Assembly: GCF_018977255.1 (NCBI RefSeq)
Contig: NW_024704742.1
Location: 19,904,001-19,968,000, forward strand
From: Callorhinchus milii
Lineage: Eukaryota
DNA: 64,000 nt
Direction: 5' to 3'
Made by a program: the position numbers and the translations under genes. The notes beneath the pieces are model-generated. The model had not been told where the DNA came from. It saw only the letters and a program-made list of their open reading frames with translations, and searched no databases. Below, in pieces: positions 11,513 through 24,549 of the stretch (its first letter is position 1; each line of letters begins with the position of its first letter).

Positions 11513-13859
11513 AATGTAATTCATTTCTTATATCTTCTTATAAAACGGGGTAATTCATTTCTTGATATACAAGCTCAATTTTTTTACTGAATCGTGCAAA
11601 TAGGTGGAAATGAGTAGAACGTCAGCAAATAATGTTATGCAAATTGGAGGGCTCTGCAAATCTAGATGCAAATAAACAGCTGATTTAATGCACACTTATC
11701 CACAAAGGTTTGGAAAAACAATTAAAAAATAGGTAAGCTTGATGCAAATATGTGGGATCTAATATGGGAGTTTAGTTATAATTGGCATTAGCATGGCAAA
11801 ATTGTTGCTCTGAGTGGTAAGAGGAATTTTATCCCATATCTTTGTGTTTGGTAAATGCTGAAAGCGTAATCAGGAAATTGACTGACTCATAGTGAGTGAG
11901 CTAAATATAAAACGCATCCAATTGAAATTGTACCATCTGTGAAGCTCCATGGGTTAATGTCTTTAGGTTGACCAATGCTAATCCAGCTGCCTCTCTACCA
12001 ACTGTAGTAATCTCGCCAAATCAAACTCCCAGTGATTCCATCAGACTATTAGTAAAATTCCCAAACATCAAGAGTCAGATAAGAAACCAGGAAGGGGTCC
12101 ATGATGGTGTAAATTCCTGTTTAATTAAATAACTTGTTGACAGATTCATAATGGTTATGAAAAACTTAAAAAATGCCAAAAATATACTTAAAACATCAAA
12201 CACATGCCATTTGTACGTTAATATATACAAAAGAATTGCAACCAAGCACAAAAATATTTAAGGGGTAATTACAGGAAGTGTTTTTTATTGTGTACCGAAA
12301 TTTAGATCATAATGTAAGACTAGTGTAAACACGTTAAGAGCTGCATTTTATTGTTCAGGAGAATGGGAAGGGATGATGTCAATCACCTCTTGAAAGTAAA
12401 TGGCAGGAAATGGGCATAAAATGCCTGCCAACACGCTATGAAAGGTTATTGTCAGCATAAGATGGACTGCAAAGATAGGCTGCAAACAAATAAATCTCTA
12501 TTTTGTGCTTAATAAACAAGAAGTAGGTAGTAACTCCAAATTATCATTTTTATTGAAATTGCTCGAATGCAATTGTGCTTCCCCAGGAACTGATTTGGAT
12601 TTTATATTATGTAAGTGCTACCCTCTCAACAGCAGCAAATGGTCTGTCCTGTCTACAAAGGTGAGAGGAATTTAAAGGAGGAGCCTTTCGCTATGCAGAG
12701 ACCTAAAGCAAGGAAAATGTAGTTACCGTACTGCAAGACTGAGGTATTTTGGGATTTGTGACTGCTTTAGGTAAAACATGATGCAGTTGCCGATTGCTTA
12801 ATTAGGTTTTAAGGAGAGTGGTACAGATAATGGGTCGATCTCTGCTCCTATGCTGTCCATCATGGTGATTCTACAAAATCGTTTTTTCTGCAACTGAGGA
12901 ATTGGAAAGTCAATGCCAGTAGCAGTTGAAGTTCAGCATCCACTGGTCGTTCAGGAAACCGCTGGCTCTTCTGTATGTGGTTGTGTTTTACCTTTTTTTT
13001 TTACCCGTCCCACTTATTATAGGAATCTTGATCGGGCTTTTCCCATATGCTTGTAAAGCATATAAGGTTATTTTTTGCAACGACAGCAGGCGCTAGTTTT
13101 TTTAAAAAAATCCCTGTGCAGTTAATTATCATGAGATGGGCTGCTTCTGAGGAGCCGGCTGCAAACTGCATTTGGGTATATTTTATGTGTTAGCTTTTGA
13201 AGCGAGCAGACATTGTAAGCTTGCTGAGACAGAGCACACAGCAAAATGGATACTGTGAAGTAGCTACTGTATGGACATATGGTCTGTGATTTAGTATGCA
13301 TTTAGTGTCTTTGTGTGCTGATGTGCATGTGTACATACAAGACTCAGTAATAAGCACTTGTTCGGTCTATTATCAGCTAATTCAGAATCATTCTAGGTGA
13401 TGTCATGCAATAGCTTTCTGTAAAGTTATATTCCTGCTTTGCACCCAGCCTCTCTTTAATGATAGATTTCATTTTGAAGTGGAGCGTACAATCGATGGAT
13501 GGACTCCCTGAGGGACCTGCAAGGTTAGCTGATAGAAACCAGGCTCCTAGTTGTTACTTTATCCTGGTTTGCCCATCTGTTAGTTTCACCTTTGCTCATG
13601 AAACTGCTGTGTGGCTGGAGGGGATAGCTGAATCTCTGGGACAGTGCTTGGTCTGATTATTCCAGTACAAAAATCATCCTGTGATTGCATCACGAGTACT
13701 GTGCCTTGATTTTGACTGTGTAGGTTATGTGCCAGACTACGGTATCGAGCTTTCTCAGAAGCTGTGGTGGTGTTTTTCCTGAGGGGACTACAAACTGCTT
13801 TGTGTGAAAATTTTCTTCTGCCCTTTTTGTTTTTGAAAGGAAGCTTTTGCTCTATCCAG

Positions 13860-14628
13860 GAAATGGCTTTCCTTGTGCGTTGCTATGCCAACTGTTTGCA
13901 GCCATGGTCCTCTAAAGTAAGCATGATAATACAATTAGCATGTGATATTCCATTTTGACACTAGTAATTTTGGCAGTTTACTATTCTGCCAGTGACGTGT
14001 TGCTATGCCTATAATGACTGCTGCCATAGTATATTTCTTGTGTTAGAAATGTTAAATGAAATGTCTATCACCGTCATGCTGTTAAGATTAATTGTTGAAA
14101 GTTGGTTTGTTCAGCTAAGCAGGGACCAATAGTGACTGGTCTGTCAGCATCATTATTAGCAGCCAGGGAGGAGGTTCCTTTTCACACGCACTGCTCCGAA
14201 TTTGTGGTTGCAAATGAAACTCGAGTATTAACAATGCCTCGCTGAATGCTGGAGGCTGCTTTCTAGTCCCCGACTAATCTAATACTGCATTAAGCCTTTT
14301 GAGGGAGTCTGTGTGCGGTCAGCCATTTTAGCTTTCTCACAACCGTCTGATTTGCTCTTGTTCTGCTGAATGAGGCTTAATGTTTACTTTTACATTGTTT
14401 TTTTTCCCTTCAATATTTGAACTACTCGAGATTTGTTTAGCTTTTTCATTATGAGGAGAAAAGGCGTCCGATTGACTGGCAAAAAAAATACTTTGCTTCT
14501 GCCAAATCAAACCTGGTTGGTAGTGACACTTCGGGCTGCAGTTTTTTCATGCTGTAGTGGATGAATTGATGAGCTGAAAGCAAGCAGTTCATTATGTTTA
14601 AATTTAGTTCAGCATATATTTCTTCATT
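13860..14628 (+). promoter_or_regulatory. RAPGEF2: Putative alternative promoter and 5' UTR of the MKPLA isoform
   Basis: No recognisable TE upstream of the first coding exon. Contains an RFX X-box-like GTTGCTATGCCAAC (13879-13892), CRE-like TGACGT (13993-13998) next to GTTGCTATG, and CCAAT (14126-14130). The TSS cannot be determined from sequence. Confidence 0.55.
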
Positions 14629-14688
14629 ATGAAACCATTAGCAATTGGAACTAATCATCCAATCATGGGCCAACAAGACAAAAACACA
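14629..14688 (+). CDS. RAPGEF2: RAPGEF2 alternative first coding exon (MKPLAIGTNHPIMGQQDKNT), phase 0 donor
   Basis: Hand translation from ATG 14629 closely matches the recalled N-terminus of the canonical human RAPGEF2 isoform (MKPLAIPANHGVMGQQEKHS). Followed by a consensus GTAAGT donor at 14689. Phase matches the exon at 39979. Confidence 0.93.
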
Positions 14689-17600
14689 GTAAGTATTTTA
14701 CTGTCTACTTCTGTAATTGAATATTGTACACCTTCCATGGTGTGCTTACATTATCACATTTTGAAATTGGTTTGACATTGATTATTGTGGTTTGATATTG
14801 ATTATTGTGCTTTGTTGCAAGATTTCAGAGAGGGAAAGGGAGACATGGTCCGTAGTGGTGGAATAGTTTAATGGCAAGAGTTTCATTTGAACTAATTGAC
14901 ACTTAATATAGGGCAATCATCATGGGTATTATTTATGTGCACTGTTCATAAGCAGATGCTTTTTTTTCAAATGTGTAAATGGTATTGTACTGTCAGTTCG
15001 ATAGTGATCTACTTTTATTTTTAATCTAGCACTGTCATTCTGAATCTTCAGGTACACTATTTGTAGAATAGAGATCAAAATTATTTAATAGGTGACAGAC
15101 ATGTATTCACCATTAAAAGGATAATAGTTCTGTTCTAGTATGTAAACTGGGTAGTTCCTATGAATTTTTGAAATGATCTTGAGCATGGTGATGATCCTTA
15201 AGCTGCAGAGACTGCTATAAATGAAATATACAATTTCTATATGCATGTCAGGGAATAACATTCCTTTCCTTAAAGAAAATTTGCAAGATTTGTTTCAAAA
15301 ATATTTTTGGAATCGATCATAATACTTATTCGATATAGCGCCTTATCACATCTTCTAAACGTCTCAAAGTGCTTCACAGAATATCTGCAAAGTGTATTAA
15401 AAAATAACTTTGCCAAAATTAACTTAGACATCCCAGTAAGTATAAAATCCTGATAGTAAGGTTGATGAGCACAAAAGAGGAAATGCACCTACCACAATTT
15501 TATATCATATTGATATGTGTATGGACCAAGAATCAACTTTTACTGAACTTGGTGAAAAATAAGAATTTTTTTCTGGATTTATTTTTACCTTTATATTTCG
15601 GGAGACTCCATCTGCTTTCCTAAGGCATTATTCTTTCCATCTAATCTAACTTATATTTATAGAATTTAGAATTAGAAAATGACCTGTTCTTTCATCCTGC
15701 TGGTTGTCTTCTTACAACTGGACTGCTCAATCCTCCATGTGTAATGCGTACTATACTTTTGGGCCAATTACCTTTTCTTAAAAAAAATTGGACCATCCCC
15801 TTGATCCCTGAAGTAAACTAACTTTAACTCACTCTCACCCCTTGCTTTTCCAAATGTGGTTTCTGGTTGGTACAATATTCTATATTTTCTCTGTATCTGT
15901 GTGTGTGGATGGTTACCTACATTGGAGCCAGTGAAAGATAATTTAGTGCTTTTCAATGGGTGATTGAGACTTGAATAAAATGTACTGTAGCATATACTGT
16001 CTGATATTGGAGACATAACAGGGTAAACTTACAGAAATCATTATAGAAAGACTTAAAAAACATTTATAAAATTAATAGTGGAAGTCAGTGCAGATATTCC
16101 ATTCAATCAGAATTGCTGCAGTAAGAATTATGGGCAGATTGTGCAGTTGAGAAGGGTGTCTCATGCTCAATTAATTTTTCACATTAATGTTGTTTAAAAA
16201 GTCCCATATCATAAATTTTAAGAGAATGTAACTTATTGAATTATCACTATTTTATTGGAGGCATTAAAATGTCTTGTGAATTGAAAAATACAACTACAGT
16301 AAAACTTGCATAAGTATTATCTGTATAAATCGTATAATTGCCTAAGTCATAGGTCCACCTGAGTTCCATTCAATTTCCTATTAAATCCACTTACATTTAT
16401 ATACAGTAGTCGTATTAACTAGCATGTAACTCATAATGCTTCAACCGCCCGCACTTACCACCGCCTCACTCACTGGCTGGAGGGGAAATCTTTGTTTCCC
16501 GCACATGCCTCAAGTGGAACATCGTACAAGCGCATCACAGCGCTCTCCGCGTATTCTCTCCCAGGGGCGTAACGGCAACGCCATTGTGCACGGTGACGGT
16601 GGGGTTGAGACAGTAAAAAGCATCACTGATCAAGTGGTGAGTGAGTGGGTGGGAAATGTCTGCTTACATATAGAGCAAAGGGGATCTGTCACCGCATGCA
16701 GCCTTACCAGCCTTGAAGTAGAATGGGCAATGCTCCATGTGAAACAGTCCTGACCCATCACTGCATGAGCATTTACTGACTTCAATGCTGAAGGACCCCT
16801 TGAGCAGTACAGAACGATGAACAATACTGAAGATGAGGTTTTAATCAGTCATCGTGGCATCAGGCAATGCAAATACCCCAACTAAATGCAAATCAAGTTT
16901 ATATTCTATTAAAAAAAAATCTGGATTCAAAGTTGCCTACAACAATAGCTATGATTTGTTTCATCAAAATTGTTTCTACTACACCTGTGGTGGAAATTTG
17001 AGAAGATTTGCTTTGATTTTGAGGAAAAAAGGGATAGTGTAAAATTTAATTGCCAGCCTGCTGTAATCTTCTGTGTTACCTTGTGTGGTACGGGAGCCTT
17101 TCTGGCAGAGATTGAGTTGAGTAAGCACTAATAGAAATCACTGCAGGAAATCAAGAGGCTGTGATTCTCTTGACCTTAGTGCAATAGAATAATACAATCT
17201 GTTGTTGTAAGCTGATATAAGCTTGCTATGTCAGTCTTATAATGCTTTCTTTTGTTGTATATGTGCTCATATAAATACATCCCGAAAACCATAGGGGTAT
17301 GTAGATCACAGGTATTCATTATTTCTGTTTTTAATGACTGGTGATTGTCTTACTTTCCTGCCATGGGATATTATTTGTTTAATGATGCAGACCAGAATGA
17401 TAATAAATGACTATGTTTAACAGGTATCTAAGAGCTCCGATGAAAATCTTAGACATTTTTAAGAAATAAATCATAATCTGACCTAGACCTATATAGAGTT
17501 TACCTTCTGAACTAAAATGTACATGGATAAAACAAAGTTCCCACTTGAAATGCAAGAAGAATTTCTCACCTTATGAGACATATATACTTTTTTTAAAAAT

Positions 17601-20262
17601 GAAAGTATCTTTGACAGCAGTTCTTATTCCTAATTTAATAAAATCTGAAATATTGTTTGAATACTTTTGAATTTGAGTTCTTGTCTAACGGAACTAAAAG
17701 GTCAAGATTATCCTTTTTTTATTCATAAATAGCCATCCATTTAGAATGGGGAAAGAGATAGAAAAGAAACTTCCTAGGCTGATTGACCCTGAGGCTGGCA
17801 CAGCTGTTAGAATAATGTCTTCATGAGGTCATATTCTTCTGGGGTTTCATTGCTTCTTGCAGCAAGAATAGACTGAATAAAGTGTCCATTGTAATATTCA
17901 GGAAGCATTGTAAAATGCAATTTTATCTTGTTTTAAAGGAAAATCAGTTCATCTCCTGTTTAGACATCAACTGTTGATTAGGTGGAATCTATGTCTACGG
18001 ATTATATAAAAATTCAAATATTCATTCTTTGGCTCCTATGCTACATTACCAAGGTACATTTGCTGTTATTTCTTCATTTGTTTTGCAGTTGGCAATTGGG
18101 TCCAGAACATCACACAAATGTGAAGAGGCATTTCAAATTAGGTGCAGTCAGTTGCAATAATTGTCTTTTTGTGTGATACCACAGTAGAAATCTCTTAATA
18201 AGAATTCCACAATGCAGAACAGATAATGTAGTTTATTGAATTGTTGGATAAGCAAATAGCTTTGAAGAGGAATGCTCCTCTTCATTTTGCCTTCAAAGCA
18301 ATTGTGATTAACATCCATTTACAGTATTTATTCTGCTTATTTCTGTCTAAAATGAGCTGTGTTGCTTGAATAGTTTTTTGGGGGTGGGGGAGAGGAGGAA
18401 GGAACAATATTTGGTGAGATGGAATGACTGAGCTTAAAGGTCAGAACTTGAATTCACTCCATTGAAGTGACCGGGTGACTGAAACATCTGAAATTAATGA
18501 CTGTGTGCTGTTGTTAATTATTTTCTTAAAAAAAGAAAGCCTTTTTTCAAAAATAAGGTAAAGCAATTATATTGAGCTTTCCAGGGCTGTGGATGAGTTG
18601 GTTCTCTCTGGTGTTGTTGCCGCCAGGTGAATCAGTCTTCCCGATTAATTAGTCATTCTCCCCATAACTATGATGGGATCTTTTGTCCAAATTGGCTGAC
18701 ACAAACGCACAACAACAAATTGTATTTATTTAGTGCCTTTCATATCGAGAAAGTACAGTAAGGTTTCAAAATGTCATAGCATTAGGAGACCTTCAGACAC
18801 AGGCTGCTTGAGGCTTTCTCTCTCTCTTTCTATGTCCTCCTGCTCTCACCTGTCGTGCTTTGTCTCTAGAGCTTTTTTTTACTCTAGTAACCGACCAGAC
18901 ATGTTTCGCACAGAATAGTACACAACGATACTCGCCTCTGAAATTAGTCACCCATTCAATTTGAAAAGTGGGAGCAGGATTTAACATAAAAAAGGTTTGT
19001 TTACAGTAAACAGTGTAAATGGAGTAGCTTGTTCATGTCTTACTGCAAATACATTTCCTGAAATCGCTCAGACAAAGATATATAAGGGTTTTTCTTTAAT
19101 TTATGTTTAAGAAAAATGATCTGTGAAGAACTTAAAATTCACATCTCGTATTTCTTGAAAACTAGTGTTTTGAGCTGCTTGAATCAGGATGTACTGATGA
19201 TTTTCAAGCCACTTTCTATCTTCAACCTCTATCATAATCTTGTAATCCAAATATTTTATGGTAGTATTTCGGTGGCACATAACCTTACATAGTCAGGTGG
19301 CTTTGATGATGCTTATCTGTTAAATGCAAAAGAGAACAATCGACTTTTTTTTGCACAGAGGTTTGGGGAATGTGCAGTTCACTGCCTCGTGGTGCTTCCT
19401 GTTTAATCGTATCCTACAAATAAACAATCATTCTTGTAAACTCGGCGGGGGCTAAACAAATTGTTTCTGTATTGAAAAAATAAATTATGAAGCCTTAACT
19501 TTGTCATGTAACTTCTTAGCACCTGTAGAAAACTACATGGAATCCTCAAATTGTAGGTATGTCCCAATGCATCCTGAATATATTGGGAAGAAAGGCATGG
19601 GTGACCATTCATCATTGCTAATTAGCCCGTCAGCACTCAACATCTGACTTGAGAAGTTAGTCTTATTATTCTTTTGTTAAAAAAATCTGGTGCATATCTT
19701 TTTTAAAATGAGAATTTTATTTGTTACAGATTTACATTTTTGCAAAAGATTATTGGGTTCATTTTCCTCCACTTAGTAGTGTCAAACATGGTAAATGAAA
19801 TTACTGACTAGGGGGTCCTAGAGTTGTAAAGTTGTTAAATTTACAAACCTTGGCAGGCAAGAACATTTTTTATTGCTCTATAATTCTAGTTATAAATTTC
19901 CAACGCCAAGACCCATAAACATATTGACCTTCCTATATATTTAACTATAAACCAGCAATTGGGAACTTGCTTGAAAGTGGGAGAATAAGTGAGGGATTCC
20001 TGCAGGTCTTGGAACTTGTGAGGCTTCTTAAAACAAATGGAAAGGAAACAGCAAGAACAAATAGTTTTTCTCTCTACTGTTTCAAGTGATGTATGTTTGC
20101 ACCCTTTGATACCGAGCTTTGGTACAATCCAAGTGCATAATGGATCAGCAGTATTAATGGAGGTGCAATACTCTTCAACACCAGCACAGACTGATCGCTT
20201 CCTGCCCATTACATGGAAGCTCATAGGGTCTCCGAGATGTCACTAGGTTCAGTGACATCCCG

Positions 20263-21086
20263 CAACTTCTGGCATTGCTCATAAGCTGGGCCAATGGAAA
20301 AAGTGCGGCCGCACCTTCTCCGCCTTTTCTGCTACAGCGCCTCTCGCTTGCTACAAACCCACCATAAATGTAGTTTCTGGCCCGCGTGGCCTCTAGTGCT
20401 GTTTACCTGATGTCACTGTGGATGGAGTGGCCCCACATGCGCAGTGCAGCGCAAGTGGCAAATGGGCTTCACTCGGAGGCTCCGCTGTTGTGAATGCCCG
20501 TGTGTCTCTATGTGAGTGTGTCTATGTCTCTTCTATGTGTGCGTGTGTCTTTAGAGTGTCGCTGTGTGAATGTGTGTCTCTCTTGTCTGTGTGTACGTCT
20601 CTTTGTGTCTATGAGTGTGTGTGTTTCTGGTATGTGTGTCTCTCTCCCTCTGTGAGTGTGTGTCTCTCTCTTTGTGTCTGAGTGTGCACGTCTCTGTTTC
20701 TGAGTGTGTCTGTGTATGTAAGTGTGTGTTTCTGGTCTGCGATATGTGTGTTTCTCTCTGGGTCTCTGATTGTATGTGTCTCTCTCTGGGTCTCTTGAGT
20801 GTGTATCTCTTTCTCTGGATCTCTAGATCTGTGTATGGTGCAAGCCCTGAGAGGCAGGAGGTGGTGAGCTCCAACCCCCCCCCCCCCCAAAAAAAAAATT
20901 ATTTTATCAATAAAGTGAAAAGATGTAGCAGTAAAATCCCCAATAGCACCAACCAACCCCTGCAATTTTTCTTCCATAAAATTTAACAAACTCCTCTGCA
21001 ATCTTCTGCAAGATTTGCAAAGTGCTTTGCATTTTTTTGGGAAAAAAGTCCCACTTTCCTATTGGCCCAGCTCATAAGACCAGTTG
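20263..21086. mobile_element. Putative non-autonomous DNA element with ~35-bp imperfect terminal inverted repeats and an internal TG-rich microsatellite
   Basis: Left end TCATAAGCTGGGCCAATGGAAAAAGTG versus reverse complement of right end TTATGAGCTGGGCCAATAGGAAAGTG. Confidence 0.6.
20499..20835. repeat. Degenerate (TG)n/(TC)n microsatellite
   Basis: Directly visible; accounts for the low-complexity ORFs at 20418-21001. Confidence 0.92.
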
Positions 21087-21984
21087 TTGTTGACTGGCTG
21101 GCTTTCTGTGTGCAGTTTAATGTTCTCATTGCAGAAATCATCAGAGACTTAACGACATGAAGCGCTGACTGGCGGCGGCTGTGGCTGTGTAATGGACTCC
21201 ATCATCGTATGAAATCTGATTTCATGGACCTAAATAACTGCATTATAAAAGCAGTTCCAATTGTATGAAGTGTAACTTGTTCATTTCAAGCCTTTATTGT
21301 TTCTGGCTACAGCAATGATGTTTGTTCCAAGATCAAAGACCATCATTGTCAGTCACTCCTCTGCATTATTTTAGCTTTCTCTGACTTGCTAAAAGCCCTT
21401 GTTTGGTGACTCATCTGGGACATCTACTTCATTTTTAAGAGTCTATGCTCATTTTTGTTTGTTTGTGCACTGATTATTCCTCTCATCTCAGGATGAGAGG
21501 AGAGGATGAGAGGAATAAGTGCACAAACAAAAATAAATCCCATGAGCTTCCTCATACACATTGAGTCAAACCCATTTAATTATCTCTTGTCAACTCTGCT
21601 AATATTTTTTCTGATTTGTATGACAGAATTGGTGTCAACATCATATTGTATACATTTGGCCATGTTTGCTCTTATGTGAATCAATATGCCATTATAAATG
21701 GAGTCGGTTAGTATGAGGAAATGTGTATTGCAGTGAAATACTTGGATCAGATATGTTTGTGACCAATTCAGTGAAATATCATTATTGTACATTCACAGAG
21801 ATCCCCAAAGTAGTTCTGTTTAGTGGCTTTCTTACTTGGATTTAACTCATTTGCTGCTTATAATAGAGCTTCGGGTGAGACCAGAGAAAACAATTATTAT
21901 AACCAGAGATTTATAATAAAGCAATTATATTGTAGTAAGTGCCTCACAGCATTATGTATTCAATGTCCAATAAAACATAATTGT

Positions 21985-22567
21985 TAAATTATAAATCACT
22001 GGTTAGACCTCAGCTGGAGTATTGTGTCCAATTCTGGGCACTGGCACTTTAGGGAAGATGTCAGGACGTTGGAGAGGGTGCAAAAGAGATTTACCAGAAT
22101 GATTTCAGGGACGAGGGTCTTCAATTATGTGGAGAGACGAGAGAGGCTGGGATTGTTTAGAGCAGAGAAGGTTAAGCAGAGATTTAATATAGGTGTTCAA
22201 AATTATGGGGGGATTTGATAGAGTAAATAAAGAGAAACTGTTTCCTCTGGTGGGTGGGTCGGTATCCAGAGGACACAGATTTAAAGTAATTGGCAAAAGA
22301 ATCAGAAGGGAGACGAGGAGAATTTTTTTTACCCAACAAATTGTCACAATCTGAAATACACTGCCTGAAAGGGTGGTGGGACCAGATTTTATAGTAGCTT
22401 TCAAAAGGGAATTGGATATGTACTCAAAGGGAAAAAACTGCAGGTCTATGGGGGTACGAGTGGGGTAGTGGGATCAGTGGTGTAGCTCTTTGAAAGAGTC
22501 GGCACTGGCTCGATGGGCTGAATGGGTTCCTGGGTTCCTTCTGTGCTGTATGATTCTATGATTCTAT
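21985..22567 (+). mobile_element. CR1 LINE 3' end (ORF2 C-terminus plus 3' UTR)
   Basis: KSLVRPQLEYCVQFW...LERVQKRFTRMI...ERLGLF motifs; ends in (TATGATTC)n. Confidence 0.93.
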
Positions 22568-22739
22568 ATTTTGAGTACTCGTGGGTAGGTAAAATATCCA
22601 GTTTTGCGACTCTTGCCTCTGTTTCTGGTCAAAGATTTACCTATGTGGTATTTTACTTGCTTATTTCTCACTCCCCCGTTGACTCCTACTTGCGTACAGT
22701 TCCAAAGTAGCAGTAGCCCTCTGGTTTATCACTTGGAAT

Positions 22740-23020
22740 TTCTCTTTATTCGTATGCCTTGACTGAGTAATAGCAGATCATTGACAAACTGCGATCCAGA
22801 GTGCATCATAGAAAAAGCCAGATCCTATTCTCGCCCAGCATCTACACACATTCTGTTTCCTGCAGAAGTCATTAGATGGTGATTTAGGGCTAATATTTTT
22901 TCTTCTCTTGCCCAATGACACTAAGGTCAATTATATTCCCTAAATTCCTAAGCTTTGTTAACACAGTTCAGGTCGGAAATCAAATATGTGACATCCTGGG
23001 TTGGATTGCTTTGTGCTGCA
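22740..23020 (-). mobile_element. Highly degenerate AmnSINE2-like element
   Basis: Patchy reverse-complement similarity to the element at 38405-38760 (AGCCAGATCCTATTCTCGCC versus GAGGACAGGATTGGGCT). Confidence 0.45.
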
Positions 23021-23550
23021 TGTGACAGCTTTTTAATCCACAAGTAGCTGTCCTATTTATTTGTGTGATTGTAGCCATTAAATCTGTGCTTGTTTCAGAC
23101 TATGCTGAGATGCAGTGATGCAGGAGGGCCAGATACCCTGACTATAGGATTGAGCTGAGCACTGAACTTGAAGTAAAATTTTATTGCAACCATCACCTAC
23201 CTCCAAAATCAGGCAGTCATTTTGCATTTTTCATGAGATGTCATAGTAATTTATTTCAGTTCAGTACTCTTCTCATTTCTGAGTGTTGTAACACCAAAAA
23301 ATAACTGGAGGAACAGAATAATGACCTGTCAATCTGCTATCCCCAACAGTTTTAAAATTTATGGTTTTAAAATTTAAAATCTCACATCCAGTTCCGTTCA
23401 GTTGGCAGATACTTAAAGCTTAGAAATAGTACTTTTGTTCAAAACATTTATCTGCAGGTTTTGATTATATAGTGTAAGATTTATAGTATTCAGTAGGCAG
23501 CAAGGAGTAAGAAAAAGTGAAACAAGAACAAGCCAGATCCGACGATTGTA

Positions 23551-24402
23551 AATGCTCCCTCTTGGTGACATCATCCTCAGACATGGAGTCAACTTCCACA
23601 TGTACGCAGATGATACCCAACTGTATCTCTCTGCTGCAACTCTCAACTCCAGGACCACTGATGTCCTGACAGACATCAAGTCCTGGATGAGAGCCAACTT
23701 TCTACAGTTGAATGTCAGCAAGACCGAGGCCCACCTGATTGGCTCGCACCAGCGCCTCTGTACCTCAGGCACTGACAGCATCAGCATCCAAGGATGCACA
23801 CTCCACCTCACTGAGCCAGTCAGGCATCTTGTTTGACCCTCAACTGTCCTTTCTCCCCCACATCTGTGACATGGCAACCTCTGCAACATTGCTTGACTCC
23901 CACCACAGCCTCACACAGGCCGCTGAAACGCTCATACATGCCTTCAATACATCCAGGCTTGATTATGCAACACCCTGCTTGTTGGCCTTCCCATCTCTTC
24001 CCTCTACAAGCTCCAGAACTCTGCAGCCCTTGTCCTATCCTGCACCAGGCTCCGTGATCCCATCACACCCACCCTTGCCCAGCTCCACTGGCTCCGCATC
24101 TCTCAGAGGATCGAGTTCAAAATTTTCATCCTTACCTTCAAGGCGCTCCATGGCCTTGCCCCCTCCTACCTCTCCGACGTGCTAACCCCTTATCAGCCTG
24201 TCCGCTCCCTTCCCTCAACAGGCTTCAGCCTGCTCCATGTCCCTCCTTCAAGGCACACCTCAAGACTCTCCTTTTCGACCCTGCCTTTGGCCACCCTCTC
24301 TGCTCTCCACCCTCCCTGATCCTATTCCGGATCCTACTCCCTGACTGTTCAGTGCCTTGGGACGATCTCCTGAAGTGAAAGGCTCTTTAGAAATGTAATT
24401 TT
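23551..24402 (+). mobile_element. 5'-truncated L2 LINE with frameshifts and an internal deletion
   Basis: MLPLGDII...[11 protein letters not shown]...[11 protein letters not shown] and SRLDY motifs; 3' tail at about 24350-24400. Confidence 0.93.
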
Positions 24403-24417
24403 ATATTTATACAAATT

Positions 24418-24548
24418 GCACAGAATTGCATAGACTGTACAGCACAGAATCATGCCTTTCAACCCAACTAGTCTGTGCCGGTGTTAAGATATGTCTCCAC
24501 ACCTCGTAATCCCACCTCCCATATCCCTCTATTCCCTTCTCCCTCATG
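24418..24548 (-). mobile_element. CR1 3' UTR fragment
   Basis: CATAGACTGTACAGCACAGAA...GCCTTTCAACCCA...TCTGTGCCGG resembles the other CR1 ends in the window. Confidence 0.6.
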
Positions 24549-24549
24549 T

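Noticed and set aside
20418..21001. Several ORFs of 87-130 aa
   Set aside because: They are translations of a TG/TC microsatellite.
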